From Spirochaetia bacterium (GTDB taxonomy: Bacteria > Spirochaetota > Spirochaetia > SZUA-6 > Bin103): a stretch of 64,000 nt of DNA. The notes beneath the pieces were generated by a model. The model made no database searches. It was given only the letters and a program-made list of their open reading frames with translations, and had not been told where the DNA came from. The position numbers and the translations under genes were made by a program. The stretch spans positions 3,776,001-3,840,000 of the forward strand of contig OZ241863.1 in assembly GCA_965203055.1 (NCBI GenBank), read 5' to 3'. This document shows positions 49,369 through 59,432 of the stretch, in pieces; within the stretch, counting starts at the first letter, position 1; each line of letters begins with the position of its first letter.

Positions 49369-51635
49369 GACGCCTCCCCGCCGCCCGCGCCGCCGCTCTT
49401 GCCGCCGCCGCTCTTGCCGGCTCCGCCCTTGGCAGGTCCGCGCCGGGCGGCGCCCCCGACCCCCGGCGCCCCGCCGCCGGCGTCAGCCTGCACACCCGCG
49501 CCCGCGCCGGCGGCGTACAGCATGCGAATGCGGCGGCGGCGCACTTCGCCCAGCGCCCATACCAGGACGCCGGCCACCACCACCAGCGCCGGCAGGCCGG
49601 CCACGGCGAAAGTCTTGATGGCGGTGCGCGCCGGCGGCTCCAGGACCCGCAGCGGGCGCAGGCGCCGTCCCTTGGTACGCATCAACGCGCGGTCTTCACG
49701 GCCGTTCATGGCGTCGATCAGGTTGAGCACGAACAGGGCGTTGGAGTTGCGCCCCTGGACGTCGATGAAGCCGCTGCCCAGGATGGCGGAAGTTCCCACC
49801 ACGAACAGCGTCCCCTCCCCCTCCGGGGTAAAGCTCTGCTCGGCCTGCAGTTCGTCCGCCGAGATCACCGGTGCCGTATCTTCCTCGTCCGGCTCGGCGC
49901 GCGGCTTCTGCGGAATCTCGCGGTCCGCGAAGTAGCTGGTAAAGGTGCCTTCGGCCAGGACCGCCAGCGGAAACGCGGCGCGCTCATCCGCGCCCGGCGG
50001 CGTCGCCCCCATCAGGTCGATCCGCTCCGCCATCTCCCAGGCGGTGGGCGAGGTGCGCAGCGCCTCGGTGTAGGCAACTCCTTCCTGCCGGCCGCTCACC
50101 ACCTCCAGCGGCGAGACGTTGAGCATGACCAACTCCTCCAGATTGGTGAGGAACGGCACTTCCTGATCGATCTGCGCTTCCTTCAACAACGGCGCGAAGT
50201 AGATCTCGCTCTCCACCCAGCCGCCGCGCGGCGACGGCTGGCGCTGCACGAAGGATTGCTCGTCGAGCACGTAGGACTGCTTGAGACCGATTCCGTAGTG
50301 CTCCAGCATCGCCTCCAGACCGGTCTCGCGCGGCAGGTAGAACGCGCCCCCGCCGCCGAACGCGCCGCCCTGGTTCACGAAGATGTCGTGCGAGTCCAGG
50401 AACAGCATCAGCGACCCGCCGCGCAGCAGGAACTGGTCGATCTGAAACAGCGCCCATTCGTTGAGCGGCTCCTGCGGCCCCACCACCAGCATGCTGCGCA
50501 GACCCTCCGGCACCTCCCGCTCCTCCAGCAGCAGGCCGCGGTAGGTGTACTCCGGCGATACCAGTTGGAACAGGTTGGCGAGCTCCGCCTCCACCACCTC
50601 GGTCGGGGTGTTGGGGTTGGCGCGCCCGCGGTAGGGCGGCGTCTCGAAGTCGGCCAGGTAGCCCATCTCCTCCTGGGTGCCGAGCAGGTTCTTGAGGGTG
50701 TCGTCCAGGGAGCGGCGAATGGTCTCCGAATCGGCGATCTGGTAGCCCACGATGCTGCCCTGCAGCAGGTTCATGGTGATGGTGGTGCCGGCGGAGGTGA
50801 CCGACAAGCCGGCGTAGGCCAGCTCGTCGCTGCCGTCGGGCGCCTGGAGCTGCAGCGGCGCCAAGCGCAGCCGGGTCGCCTCCTCCAGCGGCACCGACTC
50901 GGCGTCGGCATCGACGTGCTCGAACTGCAGGCGGTCGAAGTAGCCGGCGTTGAGCTCCTTGACCAACCCTTCGATCTCCGCCGGGACCTGATCCACCCCC
51001 GGCGCCAGCATGGCCAGCGCCGACGAGAAGTAGAGCCGCACCTCGATGTCCTCCTCCAGGGCCAGCAGGCGGCTGATGCGCTCGGTGAGCTTGGTGATCG
51101 CCTCGGTGATGGTGAGCTCCAACTGATCGGTAGCGGTAATCGACGGGATGGTCTCGATCAGGTCGCCGTGAATCAGCGCCATGCCGGTGTAGGCCGTGCT
51201 CAGCGTCACCTCGTCGCGGTCGAGCTGCTCGATCTGGATCGGATAGATCAGGTATTGGCGCGCCAGTTCCTCGTTGGCGATCGCCTCCTCCTGCCCCACC
51301 TCCTCGGCCCCCATCGGGATGAACTGATAGTTGAACAACTCACCGCCGTACACCGCGTACTCGTCCAACAGGTCGCGCACCGCCTGCTCCACCGTGTTGT
51401 AGGGCGCCGGCAGGTTGGGGGTGAAGAAGGCGCGGATCGTAAGCGGTTCGCGCAGCGCGGAAACCGCGTCGATGCTCGGCGGCGACAGGGCGTGAAGGCC
51501 GCCCTCGGTCAGGTCGAAGCGCCGGAACAGGCCCGACGCGGAGGAGACGTTGATCATCACCACGGCGCCGAGAAACAGCGCGATCTCCAGCACCCGCAGG
51601 CCGGTGCGCAACGGGCGGTTCGGGAGGCCCCTCAT
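49365..51635 (-). CDS. GldG-like ABC transporter auxiliary component
   Basis: RFDLTEGGLHALS, IRAFFTPNLPAPY, IDQFLLRGG and NALFVLNLIDAM; N- and C-terminal TMs. Confidence 0.85.
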   Translation of the reverse strand: MRGLPNRPLRTGLRVLEIALFLGAVVMINVSSASGLFRRFDLTEGGLHALSPPSIDAVSALREPLTIRAFFTPNLPAPYNTVEQAVRDLLDEYAVYGGELFNYQFIPMGAEEVGQEEAIANEELARQYLIYPIQIEQLDRDEVTLSTAYTGMALIHGDLIETIPSITATDQLELTITEAITKLTERISRLLALEEDIEVRLYFSSALAMLAPGVDQVPAEIEGLVKELNAGYFDRLQFEHVDADAESVPLEEATRLRLAPLQLQAPDGSDELAYAGLSVTSAGTTITMNLLQGSIVGYQIADSETIRRSLDDTLKNLLGTQEEMGYLADFETPPYRGRANPNTPTEVVEAELANLFQLVSPEYTYRGLLLEEREVPEGLRSMLVVGPQEPLNEWALFQIDQFLLRGGSLMLFLDSHDIFVNQGGAFGGGGAFYLPRETGLEAMLEHYGIGLKQSYVLDEQSFVQRQPSPRGGWVESEIYFAPLLKEAQIDQEVPFLTNLEELVMLNVSPLEVVSGRQEGVAYTEALRTSPTAWEMAERIDLMGATPPGADERAAFPLAVLAEGTFTSYFADREIPQKPRAEPDEEDTAPVISADELQAEQSFTPEGEGTLFVVGTSAILGSGFIDVQGRNSNALFVLNLIDAMNGREDRALMRTKGRRLRPLRVLEPPARTAIKTFAVAGLPALVVVAGVLVWALGEVRRRRIRMLYAAGAGAGVQADAGGGAPGVGGAARRGPAKGGAGKSGGGKSGGAGGGEAS

Positions 51636-52339
51636 ATGCGGCGCTCCACCACCAGGTTGGTGGCGTACAGACTGACGCCGGCGGCACTCAGGAAGTACAC
51701 CACGTCGCGCGAGTCGAGCACTCCCTTGGCGATGTTGCGGAAATGGTAGTCGGCGCCCAGGTACTGCAGCACGCCGGTGAGGGCGGCGGGCATGAAGAAC
51801 AGCACCTTGTCGATCAGCACCAGAAAGGCGCACAGCGTCAGGCCGATGATGAACGCCACGATCTGGTTCTTGGTCAACGCCGAGGCGAACAGGCCGACCG
51901 CGCAGTACAGGGCCGCCAGCAACACCGCGCCCAGGTAGCCGCCCGCCACCGGGCCGGCGTCCAGGTCGCCCAGGGCGGCGACGATGAGCGGATACGCCAG
52001 CGTAGGCACCAGCATCAGCAGGATGAACAGCAGGCTGCCGGCGAACTTGCCCAACAGCACGTCGAACCGGGTCATCGGCAGGGTGGTGAGCACCTCGTAG
52101 GAGCCGCTGCTGAACTCCTCGGCGAACACGCGCATGGTCACTGCCGGCACCACCAGCGCCAAGGTCATCGGCAGCAGGAGAAAGAACTCGCGCAGGTCGG
52201 CGCGGCCGTTGAGGAAGAAGGGGGTGAAGAAGAACCAGCCGGTCACGGTGAGAAAGATGACGATGACGATGTACGCCACCGGCGAGCCGAACGCGGCCCG
52301 CAGCTCGCGCGTCACCACCCGAAAGAAGGCCGCGCTCAT
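51632..52339 (-). CDS. ABC-2 permease (GldF-like)
   Basis: RELRAAFGSPVAY, PAVTMRVFAEE, SALTKNQIVAF and KGVLDSRDVVYF. Confidence 0.88.
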   Translation of the reverse strand: MSAAFFRVVTRELRAAFGSPVAYIVIVIFLTVTGWFFFTPFFLNGRADLREFFLLLPMTLALVVPAVTMRVFAEEFSSGSYEVLTTLPMTRFDVLLGKFAGSLLFILLMLVPTLAYPLIVAALGDLDAGPVAGGYLGAVLLAALYCAVGLFASALTKNQIVAFIIGLTLCAFLVLIDKVLFFMPAALTGVLQYLGADYHFRNIAKGVLDSRDVVYFLSAAGVSLYATNLVVERRI

Positions 52340-53340
52340 GAGGCGGCCTCCCCGGCGCCCGGTTCGTGCCCGGCGGGGTCGCGGCCGCCGGGGTCGCGGC
52401 CGGCGGCGCCGGTGAGCTCGCGGAAGGTGTCTTCCAGGGAGTGGCCCTCCGAGTTCATGCCCGCCACCACCCAGTCGCGGCGCTTGATGGCGGCGTACAG
52501 CTCGCGCAGGTTCGGGCGGATGCAGGTGACGTCCACCACCAGGGCGCCGGCCGCGGGCAGCGGCGCGTTCAGCACCCGCTGGACCCGTTCGACGCCCGGC
52601 ACCTCCCGCAGGCGGCGCTGCACCTCATCCAGCGGCGCGTCCAGCAGCGCCAGCCGCACCACCATGCCGGAGACGGCGCGCGCCTTCACCAGGTCGGCGG
52701 TGCCGTCGGCCACCACCCGGCCGCGGTTGATGATCACGATGCGGTCGCAGGTGCTCTCCGCCTCGCTCAGGATGTGGGTGGAAAAGATCACCGTCTTGGC
52801 GCGCCCGGCCTCCTTGATGATGGAGCGGATCTCGACGATCTGGTTGGGGTCGAGGCCGGAGGTTGGCTCGTCCAGGATCAGGACCTCGGGATCGCTGAGC
52901 ATGGCGTGCGCCAACCCGACGCGCTGCTTGTAGCCGCGCGACAACTCGCGAAACGGGCGGTGAATCACGTCTTCGAGGCCGCACAGCTCGGTCATGGCGC
53001 GGATGCGCGCGCTGCGCCGGCGCGGGTCGAGTCGGCGCACCGCGCCGACGTACTGCAGGTAGTCGTGGACCACCATGTCGGCGTAGAGCGGGGCGAACTC
53101 CGGCAGGTAGCCGATCATGCGCTTCACCGCCAGCGGGTTCTCCGCCACGTCCATGTCCTGCACCCGCACCGAGCCGGCGGTGGGCATCAGGTAACCGGTG
53201 ACGATCCGCATGGTGGTGGTCTTGCCGGCCCCGTTGGGCCCCAGCAGGCCGAGGATCTCGCCGCGGTCGACCGCGAAGCTCACCCCGTCCAGGGCGCGGG
53301 TAACACCGTAGTCCTTGGTGAGATTGTTGATCTGGATCAT
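52336..53340 (-). CDS. ABC transporter ATP-binding protein (GldA-like)
   Basis: GPNGAGKTT, LSRGYKQRVGLA, ILDEPTSGLDPNQI and STHIL. Confidence 0.93.
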   Translation of the reverse strand: MIQINNLTKDYGVTRALDGVSFAVDRGEILGLLGPNGAGKTTTMRIVTGYLMPTAGSVRVQDMDVAENPLAVKRMIGYLPEFAPLYADMVVHDYLQYVGAVRRLDPRRRSARIRAMTELCGLEDVIHRPFRELSRGYKQRVGLAHAMLSDPEVLILDEPTSGLDPNQIVEIRSIIKEAGRAKTVIFSTHILSEAESTCDRIVIINRGRVVADGTADLVKARAVSGMVVRLALLDAPLDEVQRRLREVPGVERVQRVLNAPLPAAGALVVDVTCIRPNLRELYAAIKRRDWVVAGMNSEGHSLEDTFRELTGAAGRDPGGRDPAGHEPGAGEAAS

Positions 53341-53513
53341 TGAGTATTAATCTGCGCTGCCGCGGCAGCGGCCGCGCTACGCCTATGATGTACCACAATC
53401 GCGGGCCTGAGTGAATACACCGGCGCCGAAACCCGGCCGCGCGGTCCGCCGCGGCGGACCGCGCCGCGCTGGCCGGCGCCGGGCAACGGTAGCGCGGCGC
53501 GGCGGGCGGCGCT

Positions 53514-54017
53514 ATGCTGTCCGCCGTGGACACCGCGGACACGGAAATCATCGACGCCAGTTGGTACCGGCGCCCGCCGGGCACGCCGCAACGGCTCACC
53601 GCCGGCGGCCTGGTGTGCTGTCTGCAGGACGAGCGCCTGCTGGTCGCGCTGGCGCGCGAGGGCAATTGGCCGAGCTGCATCATCCCCAAGGGCGGAGTGG
53701 AGCCCGGCGAGGAGCTGGAGGCCGCCGCGCGGCGCGAGATCGCCGAGGAGACCGGGTTCACCCGCCTCACGCTGCTGGGCAAGCTGGGGGTGTTGGAGCG
53801 GCTGACCTTCGACCGCGCCCACTGGACGGTCACCCACCTCTTCGCCTACCTCACCACCGAGCGCACGGCCACGCCGCAGGATCGGGCGGCCCACCCGCGC
53901 CCGGCGCAGTGGTACCGCCCCGGCGCGCTGCCGGCCATGCTGTGGCCCGACCAGCGGCGCCTCATCGAACAGAACCACGCGCTCCTGCGCCGCTGGGCCC
54001 GCCGCGCCACCGACTGA
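53514..54017 (+). CDS. NUDIX hydrolase
   Basis: Nudix box PKGGVEPGEELEAAARREIAEETG. Confidence 0.88.
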   Translation: MLSAVDTADTEIIDASWYRRPPGTPQRLTAGGLVCCLQDERLLVALAREGNWPSCIIPKGGVEPGEELEAAARREIAEETGFTRLTLLGKLGVLERLTFDRAHWTVTHLFAYLTTERTATPQDRAAHPRPAQWYRPGALPAMLWPDQRRLIEQNHALLRRWARRATD

Positions 54018-54633
54018 GGAAGGCGGCGGTCTGGGCGGCCGCCTCGGCGGTGTTCTGCTCCAGGGTGCGGCCGGACATCTTCCGCGGCTTGAAGCCGTGG
54101 TCGCCGTCGGCGATCCAGTGCAGCGTCAGCGAGGGTGAGAGGCGGTAGCCGGCCACTTCGGCGCGGCTGCCGAAGGGGTCGCGCTCGCCCTGCAGGATCA
54201 GGGTGGGGGTACGCAACTCGGCCAAGTGGGCGGTGCGCAGCTTGTCGGGGCGGCCCGCCGGATGAAATGGGTAAGCGAAGCACACCAGGGCGCCCACCCC
54301 GCATTCGTCCGCTACCAGGCTGGCGATGCGCCCGCCCATCGAGCGCCCGCCGATCGCCAGGCTGCCCGCGCCGCCGGCCATGCCGGCCGCCACTTGGGTG
54401 ATCACCGCGCGCCAGGTTTCCTCCAGCACCGGCTGGCGGTCGGGGCCCCCGCCGCGCCCGCTTGCCCGGCGGCGCTCCATGTACGGGAACTCGAAGCGCA
54501 CCACGCGCAGGCCCGCCTGCGCCAGCCCGGCGGCCAGCAGATCCATGGCCGGCGCGTCCATCGGCTGCCCCGCGCCGTGCGCCAGAGCCAGGGTGTGACG
54601 CGCGTCCTCCGGTCCTGTAATCAACAGCTCCAT
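53962..54633 (-). CDS. Alpha/beta hydrolase family protein
   Basis: LAHGAG, GGRSMGGR, YPFHPAG, QGERDPFG and DGDHGF. Confidence 0.88.
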   Translation of the reverse strand: MELLITGPEDARHTLALAHGAGQPMDAPAMDLLAAGLAQAGLRVVRFEFPYMERRRASGRGGGPDRQPVLEETWRAVITQVAAGMAGGAGSLAIGGRSMGGRIASLVADECGVGALVCFAYPFHPAGRPDKLRTAHLAELRTPTLILQGERDPFGSRAEVAGYRLSPSLTLHWIADGDHGFKPRKMSGRTLEQNTAEAAAQTAAFLSRWRGGPSGAGARGSVR

Positions 54634-54649
54634 CTGCTCCTCCGTCGGT

Positions 54650-56461
54650 TTACAGCCCGGCGGCGTGCGCGCTGTGGAAGGTGTCGGCGCCGCCGCGCAG
54701 GACGGCGCCAGCGCGCGTAACGGCCACCGGACTGGCGAACGGACTCAGGCCCTCGGTGGCATAGCGCGGATCGATCGCCGCCACGTAGTGCCGGCGCGCG
54801 CGCAGCTCGTCGATCACTTCCTCCGCAATGCGCCCATCCAGCGCGGTCAGCGGCGTGCTGCAGTCCAGCCGCGGCGCGTCGATCGCCTGCTGCGGGCCGA
54901 GCCCGAAGTCGATCATCTTAACCACCAGGCTGGTGACGCAGTTGGTGATGCGGCGCCCGCCGGAGGCCCCCACCGCCAGGCGCGCGCCGCGCTCGTCGAG
55001 CACCAGCAACGGCGACATGTTGTTCAGCGGCAGCTTGCGCGGCGCGATCGAGTTGACGTGCCCCGGCACCGGATCGAACCACATCATGCCGTTGTTGAGG
55101 ATCACGCCGGTGCCGGGCGCGAGCACGCCGGAGCCGAACCCCGCCATCAGCGTGTTGGTCAGCGAGACGGCGTTGCCGGCGGCGTCCAGCACGCACAGGT
55201 GGGTGGTGCCGTCCTGGTAGGCGGGCGCGCTTCCCGGAGGGCGGCGCGGCGCGCGCCGGCCCTCCTCGCGCCACGGATCGCCCGGCTTGAAGCGGCGCGG
55301 GGCCTTGCCGCCCACGGTGTCCCAGCGGCGCGCGGCGTAGGCCGGGGAGGTCAGGCCGCGCCACGGCGCCGCGGCGCTCTCCGGGTCGGCCAGGAAGGCG
55401 AACCGGTCGGCCCAGGCCAGCCGCGCCGCGCAGACGTAGCGGTGCAGAGCCTCCGCGCTGTCGTGGCCGCAGGCCGCCAGGTCGGTGCGGTCCAGCAGTT
55501 GCAGCGTCATGGCGCTGGTGATGCCGCCGCTGGCGAACGGCGCCGCGCGCACCCGCAGGTTGCGGTAGCGCGCCTCCAGCGGCGCGCCGTCCGCGGAGCC
55601 GGCGTGCCAGTGGAACGGCCGGTAGCCCTCCAGGTCGGCGTGGCTCAGCAAGCCGTCGGCGCCCCGCACCGCCTCCACCAGCCGCTTGGCGACCGCGCCG
55701 CGGTAGAAGCCGTCCGCGCCCGCGGCGCCGATCGCCTCCAGGGTGTCGGCCAGGTCGGGCTGGCGGAGCTTGGCCGGCTCGGCCCGCACCGACTCCCCGC
55801 GGCGGTAGCCGGGACCGGGAATCAGTACCCCCGCCGGCAGCTCCCCGGCGGGCAGGAACACGCGCCGCAGCTCCGGGTAGCGGGTCAGCTTGCCGAGCTG
55901 GCCGGCGAACGCCATCAGGTCGTAGAACTCGGGCGCGAACCCGCCGCGCGCCAGTTCCACCGCCGGGGCGACCACCTCCTCCAGGGGCAGCCGTCCCAGG
56001 GCGCGGTGGGCCGCGGTGAGACCCGCTGCCGCGCCCGGCACGGCGATGGAGCGGGCGCCTTCCAGGTTGGCGTCATCCTCCACTCCCGGCCAGCCGAACG
56101 CGCCCACCGCCGGCGCGCCGGTCAGCCGGTACAGGTCCGGGGTAGCCGCCAGCGGCGCGCGCATCGGGAAGCCGAACACGCCGCCCCGCTCCCCCAACTG
56201 GTAAACCAGATAGCCGCCGCCGCCGAGGCCGCTCGCGGCCGGCTCCACCACCCCGACGGCGAACGCCGCGGCCACCGCGGCGTCGATCACGTTGCCGCCG
56301 GCGCGCAGCAGTTCCAGCGCCGCGGCGCTGGCCAGCCGGTGCTTGGTGGCCACCATGGCGCGCTCGCCGCGCGCCTCCCGCTTGCGGCTGGAAAAGACGC
56401 TGCCGCTCACTCCGCCGCCCTCGCGCCGCGCCCCGGCCTCGCTCCGCGGCCCCGCGCTCAC
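54650..56461 (-). CDS. ggt: Gamma-glutamyltransferase family protein
   Basis: GGNVIDAAVAAAFAVGVVEP..SGLGGGG, nucleophile TTHLCV, GFGSG..LNNGM and GASGG. Start may be GTG near 56410. Confidence 0.9.
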   Translation of the reverse strand: MSAGPRSEAGARREGGGVSGSVFSSRKREARGERAMVATKHRLASAAALELLRAGGNVIDAAVAAAFAVGVVEPAASGLGGGGYLVYQLGERGGVFGFPMRAPLAATPDLYRLTGAPAVGAFGWPGVEDDANLEGARSIAVPGAAAGLTAAHRALGRLPLEEVVAPAVELARGGFAPEFYDLMAFAGQLGKLTRYPELRRVFLPAGELPAGVLIPGPGYRRGESVRAEPAKLRQPDLADTLEAIGAAGADGFYRGAVAKRLVEAVRGADGLLSHADLEGYRPFHWHAGSADGAPLEARYRNLRVRAAPFASGGITSAMTLQLLDRTDLAACGHDSAEALHRYVCAARLAWADRFAFLADPESAAAPWRGLTSPAYAARRWDTVGGKAPRRFKPGDPWREEGRRAPRRPPGSAPAYQDGTTHLCVLDAAGNAVSLTNTLMAGFGSGVLAPGTGVILNNGMMWFDPVPGHVNSIAPRKLPLNNMSPLLVLDERGARLAVGASGGRRITNCVTSLVVKMIDFGLGPQQAIDAPRLDCSTPLTALDGRIAEEVIDELRARRHYVAAIDPRYATEGLSPFASPVAVTRAGAVLRGGADTFHSAHAAGL

Positions 56462-56499
56462 TCCGCCGCCCTCACTCCGCCGCCGCCGTCACTCCGCCG
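56405..56499. repeat. Short imperfect direct repeats of TCACTCCGCCG
   Basis: One copy near 56407 and three near-tandem copies at 56458-56499. On the minus strand each reads GGCGGAGTGA (stop/start overlap). Confidence 0.55.
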
Positions 56500-56887
56500 G
56501 GGCGAGGGCGGTCTCGAACTGCCCGGTGGCGAGCAGCACCAGGGTGCAGGCTTCGAGCCAGGGAATGCCGTGCCGGTCCAGGGCGCGCTCCAGCTCCGCC
56601 GACTCGGTGCCGGGGTTGAGAATCACGCGCCGCGGGCGGGAGGCGACGATGGCGTCGATGAGCGGCCCGACGTGGCGCGGTCCGACGTAGAGGGTGAGCG
56701 TGTCCACCCGGCCTCCCACCTCGGCCAGGTTCGCCGCCGCCGGCAGCCCCTCCACCTCGGCGTGCGCCGGGGTGACCGGCACCACCTCGTAGCCGCGCTG
56801 CCGGAGGGCGCGCAACGCGCGGTTGGCGTAACGCTGCGGCTTGCGGCTGGCGCCGAGCACGGCGACCCGATGACCGGTTGCTGCCAT
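56489..56887 (-). CDS. CoA-binding protein (YccU-like)
   Basis: VAVLGASRKPQRYAN, VDTLTLYV, RVILNPGTE and EACTLVLL. Confidence 0.88.
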   Translation of the reverse strand: MAATGHRVAVLGASRKPQRYANRALRALRQRGYEVVPVTPAHAEVEGLPAAANLAEVGGRVDTLTLYVGPRHVGPLIDAIVASRPRRVILNPGTESAELERALDRHGIPWLEACTLVLLATGQFETALAPAE

Positions 56888-56997
56888 GGCGTCCAGTCTA
56901 CGCCGCGGCGCGCCCGCCGGCAAAGCGCGCAAGCGCCCGCGCCCCGCGCGCGCCCCGCGCGCGGGGCGCGGGTTATACTGCCGGACGGAGGATCAGC

Positions 56998-57474
56998 ATG
57001 GGGACCATAATGACGACTCGATTTGCGCGCCCCGCGCTCATGGCGGCGGTGACGCTCGCGCTCCTGTTGGCCGGCTGCAGGGTAACCGTCCTGCAGGTGG
57101 ACTATGCTCCAACCCAACTGCGAGAACGAACGCTGATCCTCACCAACGACGTGAAGTCGAGAGGCGCGTTGAGCATTCCGGACCTCCTCAAGTATCACTT
57201 CAACAGCCGCGGCCAAGTGCTCGACCGCAACCTCAACCCGGCGACGCGGTGGGACTACGACCGGGAGTCCTACCAGACCGCTACCCTCACCATGACGATC
57301 CCCCGCGCCGGGAACGAACTGGAGCGCACCACCTGCCGGTTGACCTTCCGCAGCCGCGACCGCGGAACCCACCGCTGCACCTTCGAGCTGTCGGACACCG
57401 TTGCGTTTCTCACGATCTCCGCCTCCGGGCGCGCCGAAGGCACGTTCCGCATCGTTCCGCTCGAACCGAACTGA
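56998..57474 (+). CDS. Hypothetical lipoprotein
   Basis: GGAGG RBS; lipobox LLAGC after a hydrophobic stretch. Confidence 0.7.
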   Translation: MGTIMTTRFARPALMAAVTLALLLAGCRVTVLQVDYAPTQLRERTLILTNDVKSRGALSIPDLLKYHFNSRGQVLDRNLNPATRWDYDRESYQTATLTMTIPRAGNELERTTCRLTFRSRDRGTHRCTFELSDTVAFLTISASGRAEGTFRIVPLEPN

Positions 57475-57584
57475 ACGTTGGGACGCCCGCCCGCGGCGGG
57501 TGGCCGCCGGGGCCGCGCGGGCCGCAGACAGACAGACAGAGCGGCCGGCTTGCCGCCCCGGCGCCGGCCGCGTAGGGTGCGCGG

Positions 57585-59432
57585 GTGATCTCGGAGTTCA
57601 CCGCCGCCGGCGCGGCGCCCGCCGGCCGCCCGTACGATACCCGCTCCCCGTGGCGATGGCTGGCGTCTCATCTCCGGCGCCATCCCCTGCTGCTGGGCGG
57701 CGCGGCGCTGTTCTCGATCGTCGGCTGGGCGCTGTTCGGGCTGGGGCCGGTAATGGTGGGACGGGTGGCGCAGGTGGTGCTCGACGGGCAGGGCGCCGCC
57801 GCCCTGCTCACCGCGGCGCTGCTGGTGCTGGCGGTGCTGATGGGCGATTCGCTCTTCGCGCTGGCCAACAGCCTGTGCGCGGTTACCCTGGGGCACCGGC
57901 TGGAACGCGACGCCCGCGACGAGCTGTACCGCAATCTGCTGGGCAAGAGCCAGACCTTCCACAACCGCCAGCGGGTCGGCGACCTGGTGGCGCGGGCCAC
58001 CGACGACACCCGCCATCTCAATCAGATGATCCACCCCGGCCTGCTGTTCACCTCCGACATGGTGCTGGGGTTCGCGGCGCCGCTGGTGTACATCAGCCTG
58101 CTCGATCCCCGGCTGCTGCTGGTGCCGGCGCTGTACGCGGCGTCGTTCGCGGTGACGGTGCGCGCCTACGTACGCCGCCTCGGGCCGGTGCTGATGGATC
58201 AGCGCATCCAGTACGGCCGCGTGACGGCCACCGCCGAAGAGGCGGTTTCCGGCATCGAGGTGGTCAAGGCCGCGGTGCGCGAGACCTGGGAACGCAAGCG
58301 GTTCCACGCCGCGGCCGGCATCTTCCGCGATCTGTTCGTGCGCCAGGGCAGGATCGAGGCGCTGTACCTGCCGATGCTGCTGTACGGAGCGGCGATTGCC
58401 CTGGCGCTGCTGCACGGCATCGCGCTGCTGCGCGCCGGCCGCCTGGAGCTGAGCCAACTGATCGCGCTGGTCGGGCTGATGAACCTGCTGCGCATTCCGA
58501 CCTTCATGTCGGCGTTCACCTTCTCCATGGTGCAGAACGGAATCGCCGGGGCGCGCCGGATTCTGCACGTCCTCGCCGCCGCCACCGAGCTGGACCAGAA
58601 CGCCGGCGGGCACCGGGCCGCGGTGCGCGGCGCCATTGCCTTCGAAGGGGTCAGCTTCGGCTATCGCCCCAACCAGCGGGTGCTGGCCGACCTGGAGGTG
58701 CGCATCGCCGCCGGCGAGACGGTCGCCATCGTCGGCCAGACCGGCTCCGGCAAGACCACGCTCACCCAGTTGGTGAACCGCACCTACGATCCCGGCGCCG
58801 GGCGCATTACCATCGACGGCGTCGACCTGCGGGAGTGGAACCTGACCAGCCTGCGCTCGCAAGTGGCGAACATCGAACAGGACGTGTTCCTGTTCTCCCG
58901 CACCGTGGCCGAGAACATCGCCTTCGCCCGGCCCGGCGCCAGCCGCGCGGAGATCGAGGCCGCGGCCCGCGCCGCCGCCGCCCACGACTTCATCGACGCG
59001 TTCCGGGACGGCTACGACACCGCCATCGGCGAACGCGGCGTAACCCTCTCCGGCGGCCAGCGCCAGCGGCTGGCCCTGGCGCGCGCCTTCCTCAAGGACC
59101 CGCGCATCCTGATCCTCGACGACTCCACCAGCGCCATCGACAGCGCCACCGAGGATGAGATCCAGCGCGCCCTGCGCACCGTGCAGCAGGGCCGCACCAC
59201 GCTGATCATTACCCACCGCCTGTCGCAGATCCGCTGGGCCGACCGCATCCTGGTACTGGCCGGCGGGCGGCTGGCGGCGGCCGGCAGCCACGACGAGCTG
59301 CTGGCCTCATCGACGGTCTACCGGCGCATCTTCAGCCACTACGACCTCGCCCTGCCGCCGCTGCGCGCTCCGCTCCGAGCCGCGGCCAGCAACGGCGCCG
59401 CGGCCGCCGCGCCCGCCGGGGAGCAGCGCTAG
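57585..59432 (+). CDS. ABC exporter, fused permease/ATPase (subunit 1)
   Basis: TM domain, GQTGSGKTT, LSGGQRQR and degenerate Walker B ILDDSTSAID. Confidence 0.93.
   Translation: MISEFTAAGAAPAGRPYDTRSPWRWLASHLRRHPLLLGGAALFSIVGWALFGLGPVMVGRVAQVVLDGQGAAALLTAALLVLAVLMGDSLFALANSLCAVTLGHRLERDARDELYRNLLGKSQTFHNRQRVGDLVARATDDTRHLNQMIHPGLLFTSDMVLGFAAPLVYISLLDPRLLLVPALYAASFAVTVRAYVRRLGPVLMDQRIQYGRVTATAEEAVSGIEVVKAAVRETWERKRFHAAAGIFRDLFVRQGRIEALYLPMLLYGAAIALALLHGIALLRAGRLELSQLIALVGLMNLLRIPTFMSAFTFSMVQNGIAGARRILHVLAAATELDQNAGGHRAAVRGAIAFEGVSFGYRPNQRVLADLEVRIAAGETVAIVGQTGSGKTTLTQLVNRTYDPGAGRITIDGVDLREWNLTSLRSQVANIEQDVFLFSRTVAENIAFARPGASRAEIEAAARAAAAHDFIDAFRDGYDTAIGERGVTLSGGQRQRLALARAFLKDPRILILDDSTSAIDSATEDEIQRALRTVQQGRTTLIITHRLSQIRWADRILVLAGGRLAAAGSHDELLASSTVYRRIFSHYDLALPPLRAPLRAAASNGAAAAAPAGEQR

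Noticed and set aside
56405..56499. Short repeats as a CRISPR or regulatory array
   Set aside because: Units are only 11-15 bp with no unique spacers and no cas genes; most likely slippage duplication around a stop/start junction.
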